A program made the position numbers and the translations under genes. Below the pieces are notes generated by a model that did not search any database, had not been told where the DNA came from, and saw nothing but the letters and a program-made list of their open reading frames with translations. This document shows positions 38,889 through 48,384 of a stretch of 64,000 bases of DNA, in pieces; the stretch's first letter is position 1, and each line of letters begins with the position of its first letter. The stretch comes from a virus: positions 1 to 64,000 of the IMG/VR virus record IMGVR_UViG_3300032770_000012; one strand, written 5' to 3'.

Positions 38889-39101
38889 TCAGTATGGGTC
38901 ATCAACGTTCTTTCTGAGGCCCGAAGTTTTAATCAACTGATCGTCGATCAGCTGCTGGATTCGTCTCTCGATGTACCACATCGGAACTGCGCCATCACGC
39001 ATTTCGACGAACTCCCCGCGCTTCTCTCCTGGTATCCAGACCCGCTTTTGCATGCCGCGCAGACCGATCAATGTTTCTAATTCTGTGCGCATAGCCGTCA
39101 T
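38889..39101 (-). CDS. Hypothetical protein
   Basis: ATGA overlap with the reconstructed upstream gene end. Confidence 0.45.
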   Translation of the reverse strand: MTAMRTELETLIGLRGMQKRVWIPGEKRGEFVEMRDGAVPMWYIERRIQQLIDDQLIKTSGLRKNVDDPY

Positions 39102-39182
39102 TCCCCCGCCTTTCCCGGCCCGCCACGCAAATTAGGGCAATAATTAACTTGACAAATCCACGGTTTCGGCATACACTGAATC

Positions 39183-40160
39183 ATGGCCAGCGAACCGAAA
39201 ACTCTCCAAGAAGCGCTGATCTACTTCGCCGACCCGAAGAACTGCCGTGAGTACCTTGTCGCGCGGCGCTGGCCGAATGGCGTCACCTGCCCGCGCTGTG
39301 GTAGCGACAAGGTTGCATTCCTTGAAAAGTACAATCGCTGGCAGTGCAGTGCGAAAACTCATAAGGATCGGCAGTTCACTTCCAAAACCGGAACGATCTT
39401 TGAAGACTCTCCGCTTGGCTTAGACAAATGGCTTGCAGCAATGTGGCTGCTGGTGAACTGCAAGAACGGCATCTCCAGTTACGAAGTGTCGCGCGATCTG
39501 AAAGTCTCGCAGAAATCCGCTTGGCACATGCTGCACAGAATCAGGCTCGCCACGCAGGATAAAGCGACTGGCGGGAAGCTGTCCGGGGAAGTCGAGATCG
39601 ATGAGACCTTCATTGGTGGCAAAGCACGGAACATGCATAAGGGGAAACGCGAAGAGAACATCACCGGCACGGGCGGCAAAGACAAGACCGCCGTCATGGG
39701 CATGGTGGAACGCGGCGGCAAGGTTCGTTTGCAGGTAGTGGACAACCGGCGCAAGAAGGAATTGCAGAAGCAAGTTCGCGAACACGTCGAAGCTGGCGCG
39801 GCGATCTTCACTGACGAACTGAAATCCTACGACGGTCTGGAATCCGATTATCAGCACGCCGTCATCAATCACGCCGTTGAATACGCGGACGGCAACGTCC
39901 ACACCAACACAATGGAGAACTTTTGGAGTCTCCTGAAGCGCGGATTGCACGGAACCTATATCAGCGTGGAACCGTTCCATCTTTTTCGTTACCTGGATGA
40001 GCAGGCATTCCGCTACAACAACCGCAAGGATAATGAGGGCGAAACGTTGACCGACAGTGACCGCTTTGATTTGGTCGTCCGACAGATCGTAGGAAAGCGC
40101 TTGACTTGGGCCGAAGTCACCGGCAAGGTGAAGGAAATTCCGCCGTCATCCGCTAACTAA
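39183..40160 (+). CDS. tnp: IS1595-family DDE transposase
   Basis: CPRCGS Zn ribbon, VEIDETFIGG, IFTDE..SY, HTNTMENFWSLLKRG, YLDEQAFRYN. Confidence 0.95.
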   Translation: MASEPKTLQEALIYFADPKNCREYLVARRWPNGVTCPRCGSDKVAFLEKYNRWQCSAKTHKDRQFTSKTGTIFEDSPLGLDKWLAAMWLLVNCKNGISSYEVSRDLKVSQKSAWHMLHRIRLATQDKATGGKLSGEVEIDETFIGGKARNMHKGKREENITGTGGKDKTAVMGMVERGGKVRLQVVDNRRKKELQKQVREHVEAGAAIFTDELKSYDGLESDYQHAVINHAVEYADGNVHTNTMENFWSLLKRGLHGTYISVEPFHLFRYLDEQAFRYNNRKDNEGETLTDSDRFDLVVRQIVGKRLTWAEVTGKVKEIPPSSAN

Positions 40161-40421
40161 GAAGGAATCAAAGCGCCAACAGCGCGGGAAACGCAAAAGG
40201 GTCTAGCACTCTCCAAAACGGAGTGCTGTTTTCTTGTTTGACACGATCCATCTCGGTAGTAGAATGGAGGATAGTCCTTGACTGATTGGGGACGCCGTAG
40301 AAATTGGCGTCCCGCGCGGTAGGTAAGAAGGGCCTGAACAACCCAATCCTACCGTCCTCCCCCGCAAAAAGTCAAGCAATAAAATGGACGAGAGAACTGT
40401 GTCTGAATCGAAGGAGAGCAT

Positions 40422-40829
40422 ATGGCGATCACCCACAAATATACGTTGATCTGCGATGACGTGCGGCAAGAGAACAACGGCAAGCTTATTGTTATTGGAC
40501 TTTATCTACCGGACATCGCAGCTTTTCAAATCCCGGTATTGCTTCCTTCGCTAACGTTCATCCAGGCACTGGAGTCAGACCGTCCAGGCCAATGGACGTT
40601 CCGTATGAAGTTGACACATCTAGAGTCGGGTCATCAGGTTGCTGAAGCAATGGGAGCAATCAATGTTGCGCAGCCCGGTCTTGCCGTCAGCGTGGTTAAG
40701 TTCGGCAATGTGACGTTTGATCGCCTAGGTACCTACAATATGACGCTGACAATTGAGGAGCACCGAGAGCCGATACTGGTATCGTTCAACGTTATCCTCG
40801 CCCCTCAGCCACAGCAGCCAAAGCCCTAG
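40422..40829 (+). CDS. IS cargo, DUF6941-like beta-sandwich protein
   Basis: LICDDVRQENNGKLIVIGLY motif; AAGGAG RBS. Confidence 0.7.
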   Translation: MAITHKYTLICDDVRQENNGKLIVIGLYLPDIAAFQIPVLLPSLTFIQALESDRPGQWTFRMKLTHLESGHQVAEAMGAINVAQPGLAVSVVKFGNVTFDRLGTYNMTLTIEEHREPILVSFNVILAPQPQQPKP

Positions 40830-41173
40830 CTAAAACATGGAACTTTTGGATTGGCCCCAACAGAGGTTGTACCCGATGATGTATAGCTGTGGCCGCCGTT
40901 GGACGCCACAAGATCCAGGATCTGCACTGGGTTGGGTTCTGCGTGTTTCTTGCTCAGAAAGGACAGATTCGTTTTTAAAACATCGCATGAGATCTTGCCC
41001 TGCTCTGCATATAGAAACTGCCACTCGATTTGGTGAGCTAGAGTCTCTGCCTCTTCATCGTTCGATTGGTGGACATCGCGGAGGATCAAGGCGAACCAGT
41101 GGCGGAACGCTTCTGGTGTATCGTCTCCAGCAACGTACCGCGTCAACCGTTCCCTTATTTCATTCGTGAGCAT
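40826..41173 (-). CDS. IS cargo, small helical protein
   Basis: RYVAGDDTPEAFRHWF helical-bundle pattern. Confidence 0.45.
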   Translation of the reverse strand: MLTNEIRERLTRYVAGDDTPEAFRHWFALILRDVHQSNDEEAETLAHQIEWQFLYAEQGKISCDVLKTNLSFLSKKHAEPNPVQILDLVASNGGHSYTSSGTTSVGANPKVPCFS

Positions 41174-41177
41174 CGCC

Positions 41178-41483
41178 ATGGCTAGACCTCCAGACAAGGT
41201 TCAAAGTTTATCAAAGACGGAGATGGAGCACAAGTTCTCAGAAGCGAACGCCTTCCTGGGAAACTGCAAACCACTACCAATCAGGTTCTCTCCTAATCGT
41301 ATTGTAGTGCATAAGCGGGAACGAGGATTTAGGTACGTTCGCCTAGATGATCCTAGTGAAACCACTGTCGCTATTGTTTACTTTTACGTAGGCCCTGACG
41401 GAGAAGAGCAAAGAAGCGTCCGCTTGCTCGTGATCGATGATATTACGTACACGCTCGAAGCCATAGAACTGCCGCGCGAATAG
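41178..41483 (+). CDS. IS cargo, hypothetical protein
   Basis: 101-aa ORF with protein-like composition. Confidence 0.45.
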   Translation: MARPPDKVQSLSKTEMEHKFSEANAFLGNCKPLPIRFSPNRIVVHKRERGFRYVRLDDPSETTVAIVYFYVGPDGEEQRSVRLLVIDDITYTLEAIELPRE

Positions 41484-41501
41484 CGTTACCATGGAAATCG
41501 G

Positions 41502-41666
41502 ATGAAACCAGCCCTTCCGCCTATTCAAGTCCCCGGCTCCACGCCCTTCCAGAAGATGGACAACTTATTCCGTGCCGTGATCTCGGTTCCTAAGACCGAG
41601 ATCGACCGGCGCGAAAAGGAGTGGAAGCGACGGCGCAGCAAGAAACGGAAGGCAGCGAAACTATAG
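41502..41666 (+). CDS. 54-aa basic ORF of a type often seen inside IS1595 elements
   Basis: MDNLFRAVISVPKTEIDRREKEWKRRR. Confidence 0.5.
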   Translation: MKPALPPIQVPGSTPFQKMDNLFRAVISVPKTEIDRREKEWKRRRSKKRKAAKL

Positions 41667-41842
41667 CAGCCTTATGGACGAGCACCAGAGGACAATGTGG
41701 AAGCGGCGTAGCATATTATCCGAGCTTACCTCGTTCGTACTCTACTGTTGCGCCCTGGTCCTGTTTTTCATGCTCATCGCAGGGGCTGCAAAGGATTGGC
41801 GCGCTGGTCTGCAAAAACTCCATAACGGGGCCGCCTTTGGCT

Positions 41843-41878
41843 CCAAATAACTAGCCACAACCAAATAGCTAGCCACAA
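41843..41878 (+). repeat. 18-bp tandem duplication (1 mismatch) near the IS right end
   Basis: CCAAATAACTAGCCACAA CCAAATAGCTAGCCACAA. Confidence 0.8.
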
Positions 41879-41913
41879 CCCGGCCTGTCACGCCGATCCC
41901 AGAGTAAGGCCGG

Positions 41914-42189
41914 TCACATGGATTTGTCAACGTAGTTATTGCCCAAATTAGAACAAATCGCGGCTGATAATTTCCAGAGGCCCCACACGATAAGAACCGC
42001 GCCGCAAGCCAGCCCCGCTGGGGTCATGACATTTCCGAAAAGCCACATGATTATAGCGGTCTTGTCGCTATAAGAAAACCTGGCGCTCCACCATACTCTA
42101 TCGGGGACCTTGATCACAACCAGCGACGCCAATCCTGCCATGAGCACGACGAACACTGTTGCCGTGCAAACCGTTTTACGCAGACTCAT
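41914..42189 (-). CDS. Two-TM membrane protein whose 3' end was replaced by the IS insertion
   Basis: Removing the IS and one TSD restores ...ICSNLRGGPGKAGE*. Confidence 0.65.
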   Translation of the reverse strand: MSLRKTVCTATVFVVLMAGLASLVVIKVPDRVWWSARFSYSDKTAIIMWLFGNVMTPAGLACGAVLIVWGLWKLSAAICSNLGNNYVDKSM

Positions 42190-42440
42190 TCCCCCGCCTT
42201 TCCCGGCTCAGCCATTGGTAATTTCTTTTGCCCCGCTGCTTCGCGTTCTTTCCGCTGATGACGCGCTAGTCTCCGGTTCATTTCCTCGCGGTAGGGACAC
42301 TCGAAATCGCAATCCTCAGAACCGGCCATCGAGCATGCCCCGGTCTGATCGGCTCCGCAGTCGAAGTCCCATTCCTCTTCCCAATCGCCCTCATCGTACT
42401 CGTCGTCATCAAAATACTCTTCCGGCATCGGCTCAGCCAT
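42186..42440 (-). CDS. Small acidic Cys-rich protein
   Basis: CGADQTGACSMAGSEDCDFECP; GGAGG RBS. Confidence 0.6.
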   Translation of the reverse strand: MAEPMPEEYFDDDEYDEGDWEEEWDFDCGADQTGACSMAGSEDCDFECPYREEMNRRLARHQRKEREAAGQKKLPMAEPGKAGE

Positions 42441-43194
42441 TGGAGACCTCCAGTTGGGGCGTCTTGGGTATGGCGCCGAGCCTTACTAACTTTGCTCGCT
42501 CCCATTTGTGTCGTGGGCATCTAGTGCCACTCCAGCGACCGTTCGCTTTGTTTAGAACTTTTATAGCCAACTCCGTGCATCCAGGCTCGCAACAAATAAT
42601 CGCGTTAGTACGTTTTCGTAATGGCTCATTGTTCTCGATCAAAATCTCTCTTACGCGGGAGAGATTGCATCCCAAGGCTGCGGCCACTTTTTGTAGTGAT
42701 AAATTTCTTCGGTAGAGTTCAATAACGAGATCTTGATCGATAGTCCTGATTGATTCAGCGAAACAGTCCTTTGAACAAAATCGAACCCGTTTTGATCTGA
42801 CACTATTAGCCAACACGAATTGTCGTCCGCACTGTTGGCAAATTTTGGTCCACGCATCTGTCCCGCTAAGAGCCTTTTGCATGGCCGTGTCCACCCTGGC
42901 GAGAGCGCGGTTATAATCTTCAAGCGAGAGACCCAATTTACTTTGAATCTTCGCATCGGCACGAAACTCGACAAGTTTCATTCTGGCGATGGCGCGCTCG
43001 TTACCGTGTAGGTGGGCTTTTGAGAATAATGCGAACAATCGCTGCCTGCGTGGCGCATCGGCGTTTCGTTTTACAGCATGTCGCTTTGTGTCGAGCGCCC
43101 TTTTAGACCTATAGAGGTCAGGGTTTTGAGCCCGTCTTCGCCGGGCCCCTTCAGCCGCCTTTTGTCTGGCAATGACAGGATCTTTATAGGGCAC
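42433..43194 (-). CDS. Zn-finger / HTH DNA-binding protein
   Basis: PYKDP start, CQQCG..FCSKDC, LSLQKVAAALGC HTH. Confidence 0.6.
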   Translation of the reverse strand: MPYKDPVIARQKAAEGARRRRAQNPDLYRSKRALDTKRHAVKRNADAPRRQRLFALFSKAHLHGNERAIARMKLVEFRADAKIQSKLGLSLEDYNRALARVDTAMQKALSGTDAWTKICQQCGRQFVLANSVRSKRVRFCSKDCFAESIRTIDQDLVIELYRRNLSLQKVAAALGCNLSRVREILIENNEPLRKRTNAIICCEPGCTELAIKVLNKANGRWSGTRCPRHKWERAKLVRLGAIPKTPQLEVSNG

Positions 43195-44074
43195 CACGCG
43201 CCTCCATGGCAGCCACTTCTTGTGCATACAGCGCCCGTAACAAAGCGCCCCCAAAATCTGTGGTGTCGGCGATAGATTCGCGGAGCAACTCCCCGTCCTC
43301 AAATTTTGGTTTGTCAATAGAGATCGGGCCCCATTTAGATTTGAATAAGCGGTAGAAACTGCGAATCCCGGCACCGCGCGCTCTCTCAAGGTCTTCGGTC
43401 GTTATGATTCCTCCAACTAACGCAAGGCACAGATCTTGGCACACATCGCAGCGCACGTCGTAAGGAAGTGACTTAGGCACGAAGTCATTTACCGCCTTGA
43501 TAATCGGGTCGTCCGTGTTTCCGAACGGCCAGACTTCTGATAGCGGCTTCCACTCCCATTTCGATCTACCCCGTGGAATATATACGGATCTCCGCTGTCC
43601 GGCAAGCACTCCAGAGAAATGGGATCTTACAAAGGCTTGGCGAGCAGGGCTGTTTTTATATCGTTCCGCGCACCATCCTTTGTGGCCAGAAGGTTGGCCG
43701 CATCCACACAGCGGATTCATGCCAGCAGCTCTGAGTTCGCGCATATATTTCTGCGCCGTTCCTTTTGCTACACCCGCCATCTCAGATGCTTTTCGTATAC
43801 TGTGCCCGTCGGTCAGAGCCTGAATCAAGGTTCTTTGTTTTTCGCTTTCAATGACCCGTCCAGTGCGCCCATCGGCGCGCGGTTCAGTCAGGATGCGGCG
43901 ATGGGCAGCGCATCTATATCTCTGCCTGCCGTCGCGACTAAAGCCGAAGCGGAGTGCCTCTATTTTGCAGATCGGACAGATCACTTGCGCTCTCGAACCT
44001 CCATCGAAACCTATAATCAAATTTTCTCGAACAACTCCCGCGAAACCCCATTGCTTTGGATCTCGATCCCCCAA
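43184..44074 (-). CDS. Chimeric regulator: IS1-like Zn ribbon and HTH with a sigma-like C-terminus (start may be GTG near 43985)
   Basis: CPIC..FGFSRDGRQRYRC, GHSIRKASEMAGVAKGT, DVCQDLCLAL, SIDKP. Confidence 0.55.
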   Translation of the reverse strand: MGDRDPKQWGFAGVVRENLIIGFDGGSRAQVICPICKIEALRFGFSRDGRQRYRCAAHRRILTEPRADGRTGRVIESEKQRTLIQALTDGHSIRKASEMAGVAKGTAQKYMRELRAAGMNPLCGCGQPSGHKGWCAERYKNSPARQAFVRSHFSGVLAGQRRSVYIPRGRSKWEWKPLSEVWPFGNTDDPIIKAVNDFVPKSLPYDVRCDVCQDLCLALVGGIITTEDLERARGAGIRSFYRLFKSKWGPISIDKPKFEDGELLRESIADTTDFGGALLRALYAQEVAAMEARGAL

Positions 44075-44234
44075 CTTTCTCGAACTTCCAAATTCATAAC
44101 CCCTTTGTTTCCGTCTCCGATCCTTGTAAGTGGTAGACTACAATTGATCCGACAGTCAATTGATTATCCGCCTATCCTGTTGATATAACATCACTTCCTT
44201 CTGAAAATCCCCGAGGTTATTACGAGAAATCCGT

Positions 44235-44477
44235 TCATGCTGGATAGTTCCTTAGCTCTGCCGCATCTTCAGCAAGGTTCAACTTTCGAGCGCTCGCGAC
44301 CATAGCTCCGTCCCAGACGCCCTGTAGGTAAGCCGATGCAGACAGATTGGTCAAATCCACTGTCCCTAGCGATGCGAGATTTGCGGCAAACTTCACGAAG
44401 GGCTCCATGCGCCGCACAGCAAAAGCGTAGTGCTCGTGCGGAACTTCGATACGCTCAATGGGTAATCTCTGTTTCAT
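44235..44477 (-). CDS. Hypothetical protein
   Basis: SAYLQGVWDG motif. Confidence 0.5.
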   Translation of the reverse strand: MKQRLPIERIEVPHEHYAFAVRRMEPFVKFAANLASLGTVDLTNLSASAYLQGVWDGAMVASARKLNLAEDAAELRNYPA

Positions 44478-44676
44478 TTTTTTCGATCCGCGAGGCGGCC
44501 TCATGCAATGTCGTGAACGTATGATCCTGTCCCGGTCTGTAGTGCCCGGCCCATCGCTCCGCCCGTAAACAGAACCTGCCGTCCTCGATGTAGAAGCATG
44601 GCGGTCCACCGTTTTGACGAACCTGCTCCCAATCGGCAACCGCGCACGCCTCTAGAAACTCCTCTCTCTTGCTCAC
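44455..44676 (-). CDS. Hypothetical protein
   Basis: ADWEQVRQNGGPPCF..FCLRAERWAGH; GTGA overlap with the upstream gene. Confidence 0.55.
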   Translation of the reverse strand: MSKREEFLEACAVADWEQVRQNGGPPCFYIEDGRFCLRAERWAGHYRPGQDHTFTTLHEAASRIEKNETEITH

Positions 44677-44864
44677 TGCTTCACCCCTCCCGGCTCGTCG
44701 GCCCAGTGCGTAGGCTCGTAATACACGTACATGCTCTTGTCTGGAAAGAACCAGAGCCGACCGAACCGCACGAGCGGCTGGACGTTTCGCTCTCCATGCT
44801 AATCGTGAATCTTGGTGAGCACCTCGACATTCTCGGGCGCGGTGGCAATTGGTTGCCAGTTCAT
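44673..44864 (-). pseudogene. DUF551-like gene with an internal TAG
   Basis: MNWQPIATAPE..TKIHD*HGERN..MYVYYEPTHW; TAG at 44799-44801; both ends overlap neighbouring genes. Confidence 0.7.
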
Positions 44865-45373
44865 TGGGCGTTTTGCTCCCTGAGCCATCGCTGCCAAGCT
44901 GCATCGCCCGGCTTTGCGCCTTCCGGTGGACCGCCAGGGCCCTTGGCCGGAGCGCGCTTCTTAACCGCAGGCGGATTCTCCACCGGGACCATGTTGCGCA
45001 CCCGTGGCGGACTCACGGAGCGCTCAATGTTCTCGGCTATACCGGCCTGAATGCGCTCGATCTCAGGAGTTGGATCGGGCGGAAGCGCCTCTGGATTCGG
45101 ATTCGCTTTCCTCGATCGCCTGTGCGGCGCTGGATCGTCATGACTACCCTCGGCAGCGCCCAAAAGAGCCCTGGGACTTCCCGTAGCCAACGCGAGAGGC
45201 TCTACAAACTCCGCCGTTAGAACCTCAGTCTTTGTAGCCAGCGAATCAAGCGCATCCTCCACTGCCACCCGGCACCAATCCGATATCGTCCGCCGCCCTC
45301 TACGCGCAGCCGCATTGATCCGCCCGTATACCTCAGGCTCTACCATGATCTTAATCTGGTTCGTTCTGGGCAT
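44861..45373 (-). CDS. Ribbon-helix-helix regulator with disordered tail
   Basis: QIKIMVEPEVYGRINAAARRGRRTISDWCRVAV; TTGACA-17-CATACT promoter upstream. Confidence 0.7.
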   Translation of the reverse strand: MPRTNQIKIMVEPEVYGRINAAARRGRRTISDWCRVAVEDALDSLATKTEVLTAEFVEPLALATGSPRALLGAAEGSHDDPAPHRRSRKANPNPEALPPDPTPEIERIQAGIAENIERSVSPPRVRNMVPVENPPAVKKRAPAKGPGGPPEGAKPGDAAWQRWLREQNAQ

Positions 45374-45691
45374 GATTGTTACCTTTAGTACCGATTGGTT
45401 ACTAGCTGTGACTAGTATGGACCGATCGGGACAGAGTGTCAATATTTGTTACTTATTTTTTGTTGGGGGTGGGAGGTTAGGCCGCGCCGGGCGCGGCCAT
45501 GGGTGGGCCCTAAACCTCTGTGCCTCTGTCTGGCTACCGGAGAATCGCCCGAGCGCTCGCGAAACGTAACAAAAAGGGTTCCAGATTGAGGATAAGTAAG
45601 TCACCTGTTATCAACGAAAGAATCGTGTCGATGGCTATTAACAATATGGTCCCTTTGTGTTACACTGGCGAGCGAAAGGGGACAAACGACT

Positions 45692-46315
45692 ATGAAAGTC
45701 GCCATATATGCCCGCGTGTCCAGGGACGATAAGGACAAGGACGGGAAACAAGTACAACATCTTGAGAATCAATTACTTGCACTGAGGGAGTTCTGTCTAA
45801 TGCGGGATTGGACCATCGTACACGAGTACACTGATATGGTCTCCGGAAAGTCCGGCGAGCGAGAGCAGCTAAAGGCAATGCTTACAGCGGCATCGCGGCA
45901 TAGGTTCAATGCTCTGCTGGTCTGGTCTCTTGATCGCCTGACACGCGAGGGAATTGGTCCAACGTTCGATTACATCAGGCGATTACAGGACTACGGTGTA
46001 GACTTTATCTCATACAAAGAAGAGCACTTCCGTACTACTGGCGCAACCGGAAAGCTAATGCTAGCCATCGCTGCGTGGATTGCAGAGCAGGAGCGTCAGC
46101 GTCTTTCCGAGCGTACTAAGGCGGGTCTTGAAAGGGTCCGGCGGGCAGGTACAGTCCTAGGTCGTCCGCGATCCGTGGATATCGTCAAGGATGGAGCGTT
46201 GATACGTTCTCGCCGGGCGGGTGGTGATAGTATCTCATCTATTGCCAATGAATTAGGGGTATCTGGAATGACTATCAGGCGATACTTGGGGGGTTCCAGG
46301 TCGGTCTCAGACTAG
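45692..46315 (+). CDS. Small serine recombinase (resolvase / invertase)
   Basis: YARVS, LDRLTR, ERTKAGL..GRP, C-terminal HTH. Confidence 0.93.
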   Translation: MKVAIYARVSRDDKDKDGKQVQHLENQLLALREFCLMRDWTIVHEYTDMVSGKSGEREQLKAMLTAASRHRFNALLVWSLDRLTREGIGPTFDYIRRLQDYGVDFISYKEEHFRTTGATGKLMLAIAAWIAEQERQRLSERTKAGLERVRRAGTVLGRPRSVDIVKDGALIRSRRAGGDSISSIANELGVSGMTIRRYLGGSRSVSD

Positions 46316-46382
46316 TTCTTCTCTCTGATCGTCTTAGTATGCTCTCTACGGTGTTGATTATAGGCGTAATATAGTCTTGCTA

Positions 46383-46430
46383 GGATGCAAGAAAAACCTT
46401 GCAAACATCGGGATACTTGTTTACACTTAT
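46383..46430 (+). promoter_or_regulatory. Early promoter 1 with upstream GGATGCAAG box
   Basis: TTGCAA-17-TACACT; homologous to 49612-49659. Confidence 0.7.
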
Positions 46431-46448
46431 CTCTAGGAGACGGCTTCA

Positions 46449-46841
46449 ATGAGTTCAATCGATCTGGAAACCTTTGGGCAAGCTTACATCGGATGTGCTT
46501 TGTGGGCATCCACTACCGAAAACGGCGAACCGCTGGACAGTGAACATGATTCAGGCGATATCGCGCCAGAAACCAAAGCTCAAATGCTGGCTGACTGTGC
46601 CGACTTTCAAACCGCTAATACTGAACTACTTAGCCAGTGGTATGAGCAGTGCGGCGAATCAACAGAACGCGCTGGACATGACTTCTGGCTGACCCGCAAC
46701 CGCCATGGCGCTGGCTTCTGGGACCGATGGGCCAGCGGTACGCCCCAGGCTAAGATCGGCCAGCAATTGACCGATGCCGCACACGCCTACGGCTCCTATG
46801 ATCTCTACATCGGAGACGATGGACTGATATACGGCCAGTAG
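46449..46841 (+). CDS. Conserved phage early protein
   Basis: AGHDFWLTRNRHGAGFWDR motif; AGGAGA RBS. Confidence 0.75.
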   Translation: MSSIDLETFGQAYIGCALWASTTENGEPLDSEHDSGDIAPETKAQMLADCADFQTANTELLSQWYEQCGESTERAGHDFWLTRNRHGAGFWDRWASGTPQAKIGQQLTDAAHAYGSYDLYIGDDGLIYGQ

Positions 46842-46909
46842 CTCGCGTCCGCAGGGATTCTTACAAGTCCCTGCCATGAGAGCTATTTAGCCTCAATTAA
46901 GGAGACGAA

Positions 46910-47419
46910 ATGACACTTTCAGAACTTCCAGCCGGTTTGACCGCAAGCCATACCAGTATGGCGATTATCGCGCGTACTAAAGATGCCATATTTGTACGCC
47001 TTCCCGAGTTCTTGCAGCGCTCCTGCGATGGTTGCTCATGCGACTATTGCAAGGCCCATCCGGATAAAACGCCTGCGTGGGATACCTTAGTCGTTCCTAT
47101 TCGCTGCGATCCGCGCAAGGCCGACTTCACCTATACCGTGCATATGCCGGACCCGCAAACCTTTAAGGCTTACATGGCCAGCAAGAAGGCCGCTAAAACC
47201 GTTACCGATTCCGACGCTCCAACTGGGAAGGCCACTGCGTTCACCGCTCATGATGCCGATGGGAAAGCTTACCGCTGGACATTCTGGCGCGACGGTGATT
47301 ACTGGATGTTGCGCGATTACACCGGCTATCTTCGCACGTTGGAGCATACCTGGATCGACTCAGTACCGCGAATCAAGTCTATCCTTGAAGGCCACGGAAT
47401 GACCGCTGATATCAGCTAG
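46910..47419 (+). CDS. Early hypothetical protein
   Basis: AAGGAGACG RBS. Confidence 0.65.
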   Translation: MTLSELPAGLTASHTSMAIIARTKDAIFVRLPEFLQRSCDGCSCDYCKAHPDKTPAWDTLVVPIRCDPRKADFTYTVHMPDPQTFKAYMASKKAAKTVTDSDAPTGKATAFTAHDADGKAYRWTFWRDGDYWMLRDYTGYLRTLEHTWIDSVPRIKSILEGHGMTADIS

Positions 47420-47490
47420 GTGAGTGACGCGCGCTAACCCACGCTACAGCGCAGGGTTAGTGGGATTCATTCCCAGAAAGAGGCAACACA

Positions 47491-48060
47491 ATGGCACGCT
47501 ACCAAAAACAGCGAATCAATTATCCCATCGGTTCAATTAGCTCTGGAACCATGAATCCAGACGACTTGATTCCAACGTTTTGCAGTGAGTTGGAGTCTTT
47601 AGCCAAACAATCGGGCATCGTTCCGGCGAGACAGCGCAAGGCGCATTTAAAACTGGTTCGCGATATTACAAGCCGGATGGATGGCGAGAGCTATCACGAC
47701 TCCAAGATGACTTTCGCCGGGCTTAGCGGTGAAGAGTCCTTTGCCGATGACGATCTGGACGCGCTATTCGACGCACTCGGCGAGTATGCCGGTCCTTACT
47801 TCTATTTCGGTGCGCATCCTGGAGATGGTGCGGACTACGGGTTCTGGCTTAGTGAATCGTGGGATGAGGACTTCTATGACGCACCATGTTGGGGGCTCGA
47901 AAAGTCGCGTAAACAGCAGCCGTCATCAATCAAGGTAGAAGACTTGCCCGACGTTCCTTCATGGTTCCGTGGTGAAGTGGCAGTCGTCAACGATCACGGC
48001 AACGTAACGCTTTACCGCAAGACTTCCCGTGCGCTCCATGAGATCTGGTCCATTGTCTAG
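47491..48060 (+). CDS. Conserved phage early protein
   Basis: GSISSGTM..DLIPTF and YFGAHPGDGADYGFW motifs. Confidence 0.75.
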   Translation: MARYQKQRINYPIGSISSGTMNPDDLIPTFCSELESLAKQSGIVPARQRKAHLKLVRDITSRMDGESYHDSKMTFAGLSGEESFADDDLDALFDALGEYAGPYFYFGAHPGDGADYGFWLSESWDEDFYDAPCWGLEKSRKQQPSSIKVEDLPDVPSWFRGEVAVVNDHGNVTLYRKTSRALHEIWSIV

Positions 48061-48384
48061 TGGCCTGCGTCCGAGCGCTCTTTAGGAGCGCTCCATGAAG
48101 GCCATTAGCTTTCAATTCAACACTATCAGGAGAACTTTACTATGCTCGAAAACCCGATGTACCTGTCCAATCCTTCAGAACCGGAACACTTTGACGAAGC
48201 ACAAGTCTGGAAAGCGCAACATGAGCGATCTGTCGATTTAAAATAGACCGTGAGACTTGCCGGGCGCACACTTGAGGAAAAACCATGCAAACTAAAGGTT
48301 TAGAGCGCGAGTGATCTGTATCATACGGCATTCTGAGGAGTGCCGTATCAGGAGATTCACTCCATAGGAGACGATTTAAAAACC

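Larger units (their letters stand above)
39136..41943 (+). mobile_element. IS1595-family element with passenger genes, 2808 bp
   Basis: 25-bp imperfect TIRs GGCAATAATTAACTTGACAAATCCA / GGCAATAACTACGTTGACAAATCCA; 8-bp TSD CAAATTAG at 39128-39135 and 41944-41951. Confidence 0.92.

Noticed and set aside
43184-44074. A second IS (IS1 family)
   Set aside because: No catalytic domain, TIRs or TSD found
44673-44864. TAG recoding (genetic code 15) suggested by the in-frame TAG
   Set aside because: Many genes end cleanly at TAG followed by hairpins or new starts (46841, 47419, 48060), long genes are unbroken, and I see no suppressor tRNA
45464-45510. G-rich tract as a G-quadruplex or pac site
   Set aside because: G runs are irregular and there is no independent support from the sequence alone
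45692-46315. Invertase-driven tail-fibre shufflon
   Set aside because: The recombinase is far from the fibre genes, and I found no gix/hix-like inverted sites or inverted fibre 3' ends
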